From Octopus vulgaris (Eukaryota), in assembly GCA_951406725.2 (NCBI GenBank), contig OX597820.1:126356001-126420000 (forward strand): a DNA stretch of 64,000 bases, in the 5' to 3' direction. The notes beneath the pieces are model-generated. The model ran no database searches, was not told where the DNA came from, and worked only from the letters and a program-made list of their open reading frames with translations. The translations under genes and the position numbers were made by a program. Shown here in pieces: positions 1 to 11,889 of this stretch (positions are counted from its first letter, which is position 1; each line of letters opens with the position of its first letter).

Positions 1-388
1 TGGTGAGTTACTTCGCCGCCCATCTGTCCAGCAATATCCGTCTGGAGAGGAGGAGCCTGCCGCAAAGAGCATTCGGAAAAAGATGGACGACAGTGGTAAG
101 AAAAATGAGAAAGCACGAGGCTGTGCTTGCACGGTCAGTCAGAGCATAAAAGAAAGGAAAAAGATTACCAAAAGGAGTAACCAACCGGCGGGTAAATTCA
201 CTAACCCGGAACCCACTTTCCATACAATCATCATTTATATTTATGTTTTTAACCCTCATTCACAATATATGTAAATCCATCCGGTTTTTCACACTGTATG
301 TAAGAAGTGAGTTTGTACCCTGAATGTCCCTTGTCTGTCCTTGTAATGTCCCCTCTATGTAAAACCTTTAGAGGTTAATAAAGAAATA
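1..388 (+). mobile_element. Tx1/L1-clade LINE, 3' end fragment
   Basis: Similar to the ORF2 C-terminus and 3' UTR of the copies at 19040-19547 and 31120-33165; ends ...gtcccctctatgt...aataaagaaata. Confidence 0.6.
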
Positions 389-586
389 TCTTATTCACCG
401 TTGCTGTTGTTGATGCTAGTGTCTCTTATTCTTGATGTTGCAGTTGTTAATTTTTCCAAGTTCAGTTTCATTATTTCTGCTTCGTTGCTGCTGCTGCTGT
501 TACTGCTGTTGATGTTGTTGTTGCCGCTGCTGCAGCTGCTGCTATTGTTTTTTGTTGTTGATTTTACTGTTGTCGGCAGTGAAAGG

Positions 587-753
587 TCACGTTTCATAGA
601 GCTTCACTGAGGAAAAAATCGTCCCTTTACGATTCATGGTTCTGTCAGCCCCGCCGCCCTTGATTTCTGATTTTGGCACAAAGGCAGCAGTTTTGAGAAA
701 GAATTGGGCGACATCGATCTCAGTACTTGACTGGAACTTTATTTCTATCTCCT
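587..753 (-). CDS. Candidate alternative last exon: xEIEIKFQSSTEIDVAQFFLKTAAFVPKSEIKGGGADRTMNRKGTIFSSVKLYET*
   Basis: Acceptor cacctttgtctttcagccttcttccag|AG; phase-1 frame of 55 codons. An AG 11 nt upstream would give the same frame in phase 2. Confidence 0.5.
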
Positions 754-847
754 CTGGAAGAAGGCTGAAAGACAAAGGTGACATCGGTGAGATTTGAACA
801 CGGAAGGGAATGGGCCGCAATTGGAAACTGCAAGGTATTTTGTCCGA

Positions 848-1400
848 CAAGAAGAAGAAGAAGAAGAAGAAGAAGAAGAAGAAGAAGAGAAGAAGAAGAA
901 GAAGAAGAAGAACAACAACAACAACAACAACAAAGAGAAGAAGAAGAACAAGAGCAAGAAGAAGAAGAACAACAACAACAACAAGGAGAAGAAGAACAAG
1001 AGCAAGAAGAAGAAGAACAACAACAACAACAACAAAGAGAAGAAGAAGAACAAGAAGAAGAAGAAGAACAACAACAACAACAAAGAGAAGAAGAACAAGA
1101 GCAAGAAGAACAAGAACAACAACAAAGAGAAGAAGAACAAGAGCAAGAAGAACAAGAACAACAACAAGAAGAAGAAGAAGAAGAACAACAACAACAACAA
1201 CAACAAAGAGAAGAAGAAGAACAAGAGCAAGAAGAACAAGAACAACAACAACAACAAGGACAAGAAAAGGGAGAAGAACAAGAACAAGAAGAAGAAGAAG
1301 ATGAAGAAGAAGAAGAAGAATGGGTAAAGAAGGAAAGACGAAAAAAGAACAAAAGCGAGAACTACTACTACTACTACTATTACTACTATAACAACAACAT
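848..1400. repeat. Compound (GAA)n/(CAA)n/(TAC)n trinucleotide repeat
   Basis: Read directly; explains all six-frame ORFs here. Confidence 0.95.
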
Positions 1401-1613
1401 TTGCTACTACAATAAATATAAACAACGAGAAATAAAGAAAAGAAAGAAATGAAAAAGAAGAAGAAAATTGGCGATGTAACTATCATCAGAACAAATAAAC
1501 AACTTCGTATTTCTCGAATTGCATCGGAATTCTGGAGAAACTAATATATCACCTGCTTTCCGATGATTGCTTCGTAGAATTCTACACTTTGGATCTAGAC
1601 ATGAACTGCAACG

Positions 1614-1717
1614 CTATTCCTCTGTAGACCAGAAGATTCTCACTCCACCCACGACCATCCACCCACTCTCACTCATGCTCTCTATTCGATTCATCCTACA
1701 GAAGTTCTGTGTGAAGC
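1614..1717 (-). CDS. Candidate alternative last exon: xFTQNFCRMNRIESMSESGWMVVGGVRIFWSTEE*
   Basis: tatgttctaaaacgtacag|GC; phase 1 open for 34 codons, other phases close within 8; a duplicate of this acceptor at 1860 has AG changed to AC. Confidence 0.4.
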
Positions 1718-1910
1718 CTGTACGTTTTAGAACATATATTGACGTGTGCAGCGAGTGTGTGTGTGCGTGTGTATAGGTGTGTGTGTGTGTGTATGTGTGC
1801 GTGTGTGTGTGTGTGCGTGTGTGTGTGTGCGTGTTTGTGTGTGTGTGTGTATGTGAAGCGTGTATGTTTTAGAACATATATTGACGTGTGCAGCGAGTGT
1901 GTGTGTGCGT

Positions 1911-1949
<39 letters not shown>

Positions 1950-2092
1950 TGTGTGTGAACGTGTGTATGTGTGTGTGTGTGTGTGTGTGTGAATGTCTAC
2001 GTGCTGTGTTGCTTCACTGGCATAGACTTTTTGGCTATTCCATTAAAGCTAGCAGATAAATTGCATATGTAGGACCAACGAGTGAAGAATAT

Positions 2093-2115
2093 TTAACAGA
2101 AGAGGGCGGACCAAC
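2093..2115 (-). CDS. Candidate short last exon (phase 1 xWSALFC*)
   Basis: cacattctttcgtgctag|GT; other phases are longer, so the frame is uncertain. Confidence 0.25.
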
Positions 2116-2161
2116 CTAGCACGAAAGAATGTGTGTGTGTGTGCGTACATTCAATACCCCG

Positions 2162-2197
<36 letters not shown>

Positions 2198-2212
2198 AAC
2201 ATATATACATGC

Positions 2213-2248
<36 letters not shown>

Positions 2249-2296
2249 CTATGGTGATACAAACAAGATAAATAGAACTTAAAATATGAGTATATA

Positions 2297-2692
2297 CTCT
2301 TTACTCTTTTACTTGTTTCAGTCATTTGACTGCGGCCATGCTGGAGCACCACCTTTAATCGAGCAACTCGACCCCGGGACTTATTCTTTTGTAAGCCCAG
2401 TACTTATTCTATCGGTCTCTTTTGCCGAACCGCTAAGTAACGGGAGCGTAAATACACCAGCAATGCTAGGAGGACAAACACAGACACACAAACATACACG
2501 CACACACACATATATATATACATATATATGACGGGCTTCTTTCAGTTTCCGTCTACCAAATCCACTCACAAGGCATTGGTCGGCCCGGGGCTATAGTAGA
2601 AGACACTTGCCCAAGGTGCCACGCAGTGGGACTGAACCCTGAACCATGTGGTTGGTTAGCAAGCTACTTACCACACAGCCACTCCTGCGCCT
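2297..2692 (-). mobile_element. tRNA-derived SINE, family A, near full length
   Basis: Head ggcgcaggagtggctgtgtggtaag with A/B-box-like motifs and gagtaaa-repeat tail; same family as 50626-51050. Confidence 0.9.
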
Positions 2693-2847
2693 GTATATTT
2701 TTATTAATATTTTGCGCCTGTATATTTTTATTAATATTTAGCAGAAGCAACAGAGTTACTCAACGGCCGATAGTTCGTGCGTAACACTTATCAAACTAGT
2801 TACAGGTCGAAGGACTATGGGTTTATATAACTGGTTGGTTCGGCTAC

Positions 2848-2890
2848 TCCGCGTTGATAAAGGGCAAATACCCTGAAACTAGTCTGCAGA
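2848..2890 (+). ncRNA. Minimal type I hammerhead ribozyme motif, U3-A8 variant
   Basis: gcg-TTGATAA-aggg caaata ccct-GAAA-ctag-TC-tgc; palindromic stem III, GUC site, short stem I. Confidence 0.55.
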
Positions 2891-3121
2891 TGCCTTACCA
2901 GCAAGGGGAAGCGGCTGCCATCCCCTGTTCGAAGGTTATAATGGACACAGATTCGTGTGTCACATAGCTAGCTAGAGGCGATGGTATGTTGGAGCTAATC
3001 AACGGCAGCATTCGTCCCATATTTATGGACTGCCATATTAGCTTGGCGATAGCTATTAATATCCAGTACCACTACGGTAGTCTCCTTCAAAGAGACTTGA
3101 GAATGATATTTCCATTTTTAA

Positions 3122-3152
<31 letters not shown>

Positions 3153-3349
3153 CTTGCACAGACACAGACACATACGTACATACATACATACATACGTACA
3201 TACATGCATACATACATACATACATACATACAGACATACATACATACATACATACATACATACATACATACATACATACATACATACATACATACATACA
3301 TACATACATACATACATACGTACATACATGGGTGTATGCGTGTGTGTAT

Positions 3350-3700
3350 TGGCGTAGTGTTGCCAAATGATTACGAAGTTCACTTTCTGACCTCGAGGTC
3401 TCCAGTTTGATGCCCCCTACTTGGCATCTTAAGCAAATGTTCTTTTGTATAGCCTCAGGTCGACTCATACCTTGTAAGTGAAATTGGGTCGACGAAAACG
3501 GTTTAGAAACTCGTAGGGTGTCTTATACTTGTAGTTGAAGAGCCTTGCCACACGCAGTGTATTACGCTGATTCTGCCTGAGTATTACATTAAGGGTACAC
3601 GTATTTGGAGAATGCTTCTTCACTTACACGTTAATTCAGGAGCAGGTAATTCACTTGATCCAACAACTGAACAGTCTCCGTCGAACGACGTAGATCCACC
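3350..3700 (+). mobile_element. Degenerate tRNA-SINE
   Basis: Diverged family A head and body followed by a tail related to 51330-51645. Confidence 0.55.
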
Positions 3701-3756
3701 TTCTGTGCAAGCACACACAAACACTCGCGCGCACATAAATATATTTATGGACGAAA

Positions 3757-3926
3757 TACGGGGCTGAAAACTTCCTGTAAAAGAAAGTACAGAAGGATCA
3801 GCTAATTATAATTTTATTCAGAATATTCCCCTCTCCGATTCACACCCAGCGGTCCTTCATTTTCTCTAAGCCTCTTAAAGGAACTCTGAAGGTTGGGCCT
3901 CCGACTAGGCCCTTCGCGACACTCTT
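3757..3926. mobile_element. Mariner-derived MITE fragment
   Basis: gctgaaaa...ttttcagc termini; related to 56650-56846. Confidence 0.45.
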
Positions 3927-4016
3927 CTGGCCATGAACTTTTCAGCATATATGCATGCATATATGTGTGTGTGTGTGCGTGTGTGTGTGTGCATGTTTGT
4001 GTGTGTGTTTGTGTGT

Positions 4017-4081
<65 letters not shown>

Positions 4082-4244
4082 GACAAATATATTTTTCGAT
4101 TCCGTAGTGTTACTGTTTATCTCTCGCTCAAATATTAATATAACTTATCTCTCTCGTTATGACATCAGTGAGAGTGTGTCGTCAGAAAAAGGATATAATA
4201 TTTGGCGAGTAGAATGGGTTCTTTATCACTAGCCAATGATTAAA

Positions 4245-4425
4245 CACACTGAAGACGGGTGACCACACAGAAACCCGGGTCTGTGTGTATCTCGTAAGGT
4301 TAGAGATGGGAGCGATGACCTTCCTAGCAAATACTAATCGGACAGTGTCGCTGGCCAGCTGGAGGAGATGTCTTCCTGGGGCTAAAAACAACAGTAACAC
4401 CGTCTTCTATAGGACCACCACATTT
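4245..4425 (+). mobile_element. L1/Tx1 RT fragment
   Basis: Translates as [38 protein letters not shown], resembling the late L1-type RT region. Confidence 0.4.
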
Positions 4426-4434
4426 AGTTGACAA

Positions 4435-4504
<70 letters not shown>

Positions 4505-4517
4505 ATATGTGTATATA

Positions 4518-4615
<98 letters not shown>

Positions 4616-5167
4616 AATGTTGAGTTATTAAGGTAGAGAACTCAGTACTGGATTTAGATGTCCACAAAATCGCTAGAAGACTCATATCGCCGCACACACC
4701 ACACCACACCAATGATGAAGTGAAAGAACCAAGTGTGCGCTGGGTGTGGCAGCTAAATGGAGAGGGAGCTATATCACCACTGGATTAGTATTTTATTTAC
4801 CGAACCAGAAAGAATAAATACCAAGACTGACCACGGCGGGATTTGAACACAAACTGCTATGGGTCTGTACTAATATCGTTAGTTTGTCCATCAATCTAAA
4901 GATTTACCACTTGACCACAATAAGACGTGCGTAGTCGTCATTGTTTTACTTTTATTTCATTGTATTGCTTTCAATTAGATTGAATTATATTGATGGTCTT
5001 AAATTGTCACCAGAATATCTCTAAAGAATAAGTTTACATTTTTATTGCTTACTTCAATATTTTTAATTACATTTTCACAATAAATGTAATTAAATTTTTT
5101 TCATATGTTCAATAAATTATTATTTAATTGACAACTTTATTAAATTACATTTATTTTAATCTGACTT

Positions 5168-5205
5168 TCATACGCATAAAAAGATACGCTGCCCTTGGTC
5201 TACAC
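5168..5205 (-). CDS. Candidate last exon: xVDQGQRIFLCV*
   Basis: Strong acceptor catatttcctttag|GT; AATAAA at 5150-5155; phase 0 stops at once. Confidence 0.4.
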
Positions 5206-5307
5206 CTAAAGGAAATATGACAGTCTGCACGTGTTAGGTTCATATACTCGATATCTGAATAGTCCCCTGACTGTTTACAATTTTGGCCTGGTCCCCAAAA
5301 ACGATAT

Positions 5308-5375
5308 TTATCTATAGCATGAGGTAGTGAATCGTACCATGGAGTTTTCAGGGCTTATTTCAGTCATGGTGGATA
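5308..5375 (-). CDS. Candidate last exon: xSTMTEISPENSMVRFTTSCYR*
   Basis: gctgacttattcag|TA; only phase 1 is open (22 codons vs 3 and 4). Confidence 0.3.
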
Positions 5376-6730
5376 CTGAATAAGTCAGCGTCTTGACACA
5401 AGATTGCTTCCAAATATCAATGTTCATGATTACAACTAAGCAGCGGAATATTACTTGGCCTTTCGTGATTCGAGAACTCAATAATGGTTGGTCAGCCGTT
5501 TTGAAAATAAGATAAATAGCATATGAGACTTCCCCGCTATTCTCAATAGTATCATCCGGTTAAGGACGATGGACTGGCAGAATCGTTTGAGCGTCGGCAA
5601 ATGCTTTACGATATTTGATTTTGGTTAATCATAATATTTTGATAATTCGCTCGCACAGTATACTATGAACCCCTTTCTAGTAGACCAGATGCACTAAAGC
5701 TAACTTCCAGCGGTTCTTTATTGTTTCATCTTTATTCTTTAGAAACAGCCCTCCATTAACCCAATATTTTCTTTGTCACCACATCATCTTGTTCAGGTTT
5801 CATATTTTTAGTCGTCCAATGTTCCTGTATAAACTGGTTAAGATACTCACTGTACATTGTATACATCTGTGTGTGTCTGAGTTTGTTTGTATGTGTGTGT
5901 ATGTGTATGTGTATGTGTGTGCGTGTGTGTGTTGCGTGCTTGTGTTAGTAAAAGAGCATAGCCTCGAAACGTTAAACACTTCTTCCATTTTCCTAAGTGT
6001 CAGCCTAATACACAGTCTTTATTATCTTTTTACCTTGATCCATGTTTTTTTTATATTTTTGTACTACACGTATGCATGTGTTTTTGTGTGAATGTGTGTG
6101 TGTGCGTGCATGTGTGTGTGTGAGATTATGTGTGTGTGTGTGTGTCTTTGTGTGTGTGCGCACATGCAATGTTCTTTCAAGCGGCTTTTATTTTGATGAG
6201 AATTGGAGTATAGTAGTTGATCACTATTTTGATTCGTCTAATATCCTTACACTCTTCCAATATAAAATTCTGTTAGAACACCTACGCCTGATAATTTTCT
6301 GATTGTCCTTTTCTTTAAATTTCTTTCTACTAGTGTACCATTATTTTCAAATTACTTTTGCTAAATATCTTTGCAATCGGCTGCCACTAGTTCACTTAGT
6401 TTCGCCACTTTTCACGTCGAACTATAGCAGTATCATTCAACATGTTCTTCTGTTTGGGTAGAGTTTTTTAATAAAGATTTTTGAAACTATGATAGATTTA
6501 ATCTAGATATCTGGCCTGCAATCAGTTCAACATTTGACATTTATAAACCCTAAGCTTTAGTTTTTCAAATATAGTTTCAGGTTCTTGTTTCAGCTTATCT
6601 TGTTTAATCTCTTCGTCTTTAACACTTTCTTTCCCACCTTTTTTCTCTCACAGGATCCAGCAACAGTTTTCACTGCACAATTTTCGTTCTCAGACTTAAT
6701 ATTTTTCAACAGCATTCTTCTTTGACTTAC

Positions 6731-6739
6731 ACATGTCAC
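6731..6739 (-). CDS. Candidate 9-nt microexon GTGACATGT (or last exon xDMCKSKKNAVEKY* to 6696)
   Basis: aatgcgtatttctttgtag|GTGACATGT|gtaagt. Confidence 0.45.
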
Positions 6740-6931
6740 CTACAAAGAAATACGCATTTTACGCTGGTATCGCTTCCAGCTGATACATGTACAGTAACTC
6801 ACGACAACTCTTCCGCTCTTTCACGATATGCTTTTGAATTACACACACACACACACGCATACATATACACACACAAAGTCATTCATATTGCACGAGTGCT
6901 CAAACTCTTCCTAACACTTTACACATCTAGT

Positions 6932-7018
<87 letters not shown>

Positions 7019-7208
7019 TTTCTCGTAGAGCAGCATTGGTTTTCATACATGTCCAACAGTATGCACTGATCCTGAAAGATTACTTGGTGATACATGGCAT
7101 GTTATAATAAATCGGCCAATTTATTGTATCTCTACAGCATGATACTATTATCTTTTTAGATTGTGTATATTAAATTATATATATATATACATAGATATAT
7201 ATATATCT

Positions 7209-7393
7209 AAATACAATAAGAGGCTTCCAAATAGGAAAGCGTTGTGCTAGAAAGAGTAGTAGAAATCTCAAAAACCACAAACGTTTTTAATTTTCATTCC
7301 TTTCGAGAATTTATCCTTTTTGTGTGGTTTTTGAGATTTCTACTGCTCTTTCTAGCACAACGCTTTCCTATTTGGAATCCTCTTATTATATTT
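7209..7393. repeat. Inverted repeat with ~70-bp arms (foldback)
   Basis: 7209-7279 is nearly the reverse complement of 7323-7393. Confidence 0.9.
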
Positions 7394-7488
7394 CTATATG
7401 AATAATATATAGTCTAATGACTAATTCGTTTTTTTTTTTTTGTGCTAGGCCACTGGCAATAATAATTTATTATTACCCTATGTATTAT

Positions 7489-7536
<48 letters not shown>

Positions 7537-7538
<2 letters not shown>

Positions 7539-7743
7539 TTTTATTCTTTTTTCGTTACAGTCATTTGACTGCGGCCATGCTGGAGCACCGCCTTTAGTCG
7601 AGCAAATCGATCCCAGGACTCATTTAGAATTTATTCTATCGGCCTCTTTTGCAGAACCGCTAAGTTATGGAGAGGTAAACACACCAGCATCGGTTGTCAA
7701 GAGAAGTTGGGGTGATAAACACAGACGCACAAACATACATATA

Positions 7744-7818
<75 letters not shown>

Positions 7819-8250
7819 CGGGATTCATTCGCTTTTCGACTACAAAATCCACTCACAAGGCTTCGGTCGGCTGGAGACTATAACAGAAGACACACGCCAA
7901 GATTCCACGCAGTGGCACCGCTTCGAAGGGTTTTAATCGAATAAATCGACCCGAAGTCTTATTTTTAAGGCTAGTTCTTATTCTATCGGTCTCTTCTACC
8001 AAACCGCTAATCTTACGGTGATGGAGGGACAAACACAAACACAAAGACACACACACACACGTACACACACACATTTATAGATAATATAGATAGGATGGGC
8101 TTCTTTCAGCTTCCGTGTACCAGATCCACTCACAAGACTTCGGCCGACTTGAAGCTTTACTAGAAGGCAGTTGCTCAAGTTGCCACACAATGGGAGTGAT
8201 CTCGGGACCATGTAGCTAGGAAGCAAGCTTCTTACCACACAGTCCACGCC
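7537..8250 (-). mobile_element. Two adjacent family A SINE copies
   Basis: Tail and body at 7537-7915; second copy at ~7920-8250. Confidence 0.8.
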
Positions 8251-8645
8251 TATATATGTGTGTGCGTGTGTGTGTGTGTGTATTATGTGTGTGTGTATGT
8301 ATTGGCCCTACTCGATAAGCGTGAGATCATTCGAAATCGAAATCAATACGAGGAAGGCGCATTGTGACCAGCGGTTTATAACAGACATTCGATTGTCAGA
8401 ATAAAGTCACGCGCTTGCATGTACAGACACACACACAAATACACACACATGTCAGAAAAATTCGTTCGTTTGCCTTTCTTTTCTTTATCCATTTATGTGT
8501 AGCTTTCCTTCAGAGCGCGTGGCACCAACGCACCGAGCTTTGGGACCCATCGAGTAAAGATGACACGCGACGGCATCGTGAGAGCATCGCATCTGCTGGG
8601 CCAGTCCACTAGTGGCTTGGCGCGGATCCTTATGAGTGAACCCGT

Positions 8646-8782
8646 TCAATTAATCCTCATTGGATTGAACAGATCGACCGGAACTGTTTGTAAGTTTGTG
8701 AGATCGAATTTTCCTTCCTTAAAGTGTGAAAAACCATTGTTGTGTGTGTGTGGTGGGGGTGTTTCAAATAATAGCGCCTTCA
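8646..8782 (-). CDS. Candidate last exon: xKALLFETPPPHTHNNGFSHFKEGKFDLTNLQTVPVDLFNPMRIN*
   Basis: gtgctgtttacag|TG, with an in-frame alternative AG at 8798 after CTAAC; phase 1 open for 45 codons, phase 0 is an immediate stop. Confidence 0.35.
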
Positions 8783-8866
8783 CTGTAAACAGCACAACTG
8801 TCTCGAAGGAAGTTAGCAGCTTTGGAAACTTGATTGAAATCAAAGCGAAGCAGGTGTAGAAAATGA

Positions 8867-8902
8867 TCATCTTTTTCCCCTTAGCACTCCGTCGTCATGT
8901 GT
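8867..8902 (-). CDS. Candidate short last exon (phase 0 THDDGVLRGKR*, phase 1 xT*, phase 2 xHMTTEC*)
   Basis: Very strong acceptor aatttttatctcttttcag|AC; no donor follows; frame unresolved. Confidence 0.4.
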   Translation of the reverse strand, partial: THDDGVLRGKR

Positions 8903-9593
8903 CTGAAAAGAGATAAAAATTTGTTCAAATTTCAATAACAATAAACAAAAGTTATCTAGATTAAAAACAGATCAACAAAAACAAATTATACAAAGCACTG
9001 CGATAAAAATGTTTTCGTGTTAATTCAAATGACATTACAAAGAAACGAACAAACTGATTTGGCAACCAGATATATGAAGGAACGTGTCCTAGTGGGTAGG
9101 GCATTGTTCGGCTCACGTTCGTAAAATCGTGGGTTCAGTTCCTAGACTGGATGGTGTATGTACGCATCAATTTAAGGTACTTTATGACAGCACGATACTC
9201 AGTTTTCTCAATTTTCCTTGTAACCTAGACACTTGTTTATTCAAAAATCTGTAACAAAAAAATTTTAAAAATCAGAATCATGAAAAAGAGCAAGAATACC
9301 CCGAAAAGACTGTACTTAGCAGAAAAAAATTGTTTCAGCAATATATCAGACCCATTTCTAGGTTAGGCTCAAAACTTTTCATACACCCCTCGTATATACA
9401 TGTGAATACACCTAATAACATTGGTGAACACGTCTCTGTATGTGTTCATAAGTGCGTTCCTAGATTGTTCCAAGACTGGGTGACGTGTTGTGTCCTAGAG
9501 CAAACGCATGTGTACGCATGCGTGTACGCAATCAAGTGTTTCTACACATTTAATTAGACGCTCCAATTCATTGTTCTGAAAATGAGTTCCAAT

Positions 9594-9703
9594 CTAGGGC
9601 TCATGCAGTTCACTCTCCTTAGATGTCACATCTTGGATGTCCCAATGGGCTAAAAGTTCGGGAGAGTATCTGCTTGCGACTACATGGATACCTTCAACAA
9701 TTA
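9594..9703 (-). CDS. Candidate last exon: xIVEGIHVVASRYSPELLAHWDIQDVTSKESELHEP*
   Basis: gtgctatgctttcag|TA; phase 1 open for 36 codons, others 0 and 2. Confidence 0.45.
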
Positions 9704-9848
9704 CTGAAAGCATAGCACATGTTACCATGGTGTAGTCATTCACGCATGACGGCTGACTATCGTGTGACTGTCGTGTGACTGTCTGTCTATTTGTCTGTCT
9801 CTTTGTGATCATAATTAAGACAGCAGGTGAGAAAGACAAAACTGGCCA

Positions 9849-9904
9849 TCATTGCTGAAAAACTACCAGCGATCCCATGCAAAGAATGTCGACAAACTGA
9901 ACCC
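9849..9904 (-). CDS. Candidate last exon (phase 1 xVQFVDILCMGSLVVFQQ*; phase 2 runs to 9787)
   Basis: ttcttatttcgcttctatCTAACacggtctcttag|GG: polypyrimidine tract plus branch-point consensus. Confidence 0.4.
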
Positions 9905-10429
9905 CTAAGAGACCGTGTTAGATAGAAGCGAAATAAGAATCGTTGATTTGGGCCGGTTAACATAAGCGATCGTGAGCACGCGAGTGACAGGTGGAGTGTA
10001 TACGTCAACCACGTGCATGTATCTAAGTTAGTGTACGTGTTTGTGCGTGGGTTTGAGTGAGCGAGGGTGAGCTTGAGTGGGCCAGTGTGAGTGTGTGTAT
10101 GTCCTCATGAATAATAATGTGTCTATGTATAAATTTACGTTGATGTATGTATCCATAGGAGTATCTATGTGTCTGTCGGTGTGTATGTGAATGTGTGTGT
10201 GCGCGTCTATGTGTGTGTGACGTGTATGTGTGTGTGTGCATGCATTTGTGTATGCGTGTGTATGTGTGGGTATATGTGTGTGTGCGCGTGTATGAGTGCG
10301 CATTTATGTATGTGTGTATGTATGTTTGTGTGCGTGCATGTATGCTTGTCTGTATGTGTGTATGTGTGCATTTATGTGTACGTGGTAAACTGCGTGAAAT
10401 ATATGATTGCGTGTCTATATAAATATATA

Positions 10430-10543
10430 TATATGTAGGTCCCGGGTTGAGTCAGGGTTAACCACAGTAAATAAGGTACTCAATACATAGCAGAGTAAAT
10501 TAATTTATTAATTTAATTTATTTTATAGATTCTATAAAATAAA

Positions 10544-10588
<45 letters not shown>

Positions 10589-10920
10589 GTGTGTGTGTGT
10601 CCTGTTATTATTATTATTGTTTTGTTTTGTATTAATTTTGTATTTATTTTCGTGTAACAACCGTTCTTGTTTCGTATACATTTGATGCTCTTTCCCAAGG
10701 AATCTAATGCTCTTAGCTTAGTTTTTCCTTGGGGCTGGCCAGATTGGAGCAATCTCAAAATTAATCAGCCGAAATTGCGAGGATGATCCGGTTCTTGACT
10801 GAAGATGACCCGTCCGTGTTTTTTGACACGTCCGTGTGTTTTGTATCGTCTATCTGGATGTTTTGTTGTCCCTTTCTGTATCACCTAGTTGTCCGGATGT
10901 TTTGCGTTCTTGTCCTATTT
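10430..10920. mobile_element. Probable Penelope pLTR-type repeat fragment
   Basis: Embedded in (TA)n with pLTR-like composition; no coding remnant. Confidence 0.3.
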
Positions 10921-10980
10921 TGTATTTCATCATATATATGTATATATATATATACAGCGGCGTACGTACACTTTGTTCTC

Positions 10981-11019
<39 letters not shown>

Positions 11020-11351
11020 GCATGCGGGTATCTCTAGCATAGATAGAGGGATAGATATGCATATTCACACATACACATATTCTTTCATTCTTTTACTTGT
11101 TTCAATCATTTGACTGTGGCCATGCTGGGGCACGCACACACACACACACATATCGTTAGCGATGTATATGTTATACCCGAAGACTTAAATAAACAACCGG
11201 ACGCCTACCTTCTCTTCCAATTCCATTCACTGTATCGTTGATACACACCTTTATACGTCATAAACCCCCTCCTCCGCATCCTCATCATCATCGTCATCAT
11301 CACCACCACCACCATCATCAGCATCACCAACAGCAATAGTAACAACGGCAA

Positions 11352-11733
11352 GTGGAGGCGCAATGGCCCAGTGGTTAGGGCAGCGGACTCGCGGTCGGAG
11401 GATCGCGGTTTCGATTCCCAGACCGGGCGTTGTGAGTGTTTATTGAGTAAAAGCACCTAAAGCTCCACGAGGCTCCGGCAGGGGGTGGTGGCGACCCCTG
11501 TTGTACTCTTTCGCCCCAACTTTCTCTCACTCTTTCTTCCTGTTTCCTGTCCCCAACTTCCTATGCAACCGCTGAGAGCCTGGATACACATTCATCCATC
11601 CATCGATGCTCTCGGCGTCAGGGGTTGACCTGCTGTCTCTTCTGTGGGCCTTACGAATAGCAAAGGACCACGTTTCGGACCTCTCCCACTAGGGACGAAG
11701 ACCGCTTCACACTAACAAACAAACAAACAAAGC
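11352..11733 (+). mobile_element. tRNA-derived SINE, family B, with TSD
   Basis: tRNA-like head tggcccagtggttagggc...gtttcgattccc, (AAAC)n tail, TSD aacaacggcaa at 11341-11351 and 11734-11744. Confidence 0.9.
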
Positions 11734-11889
11734 AACAACGGCAAATTTACCATCAGTTTTGGAACCTCTGTGTGGTTGACTGACCTGTTAGAAAAAGCTA
11801 CTAAACTATACGTTACTAATTTTAATTAAGGCAAGGGAGCATTTGGTACCCTAAAGGAAAAATCAACCACGGTTGGAATGACGAGACTG

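Noticed and set aside
720-1486. Long poly-E/Q, poly-K/N and poly-C/S ORFs
   Set aside because: Trinucleotide repeat open in all six frames
5940-5980. gag…ctc-GAAA-cg-TT half-hammerhead
   Set aside because: The 5' core is decayed
8867-8902. Neuropeptide precursor end (…LRGKR*)
   Set aside because: Only one of three possible frames; no precursor repeats or signal peptide seen
10725-10790. ggctg…cagcc-GAAA hammerhead-like stem
   Set aside because: No recognisable CUGANGA-type core or UH cleavage site
11352-11430. tRNA genes at SINE heads (also 42570-42643 and 45811-45890)
   Set aside because: They continue into SINE bodies with tails and TSDs
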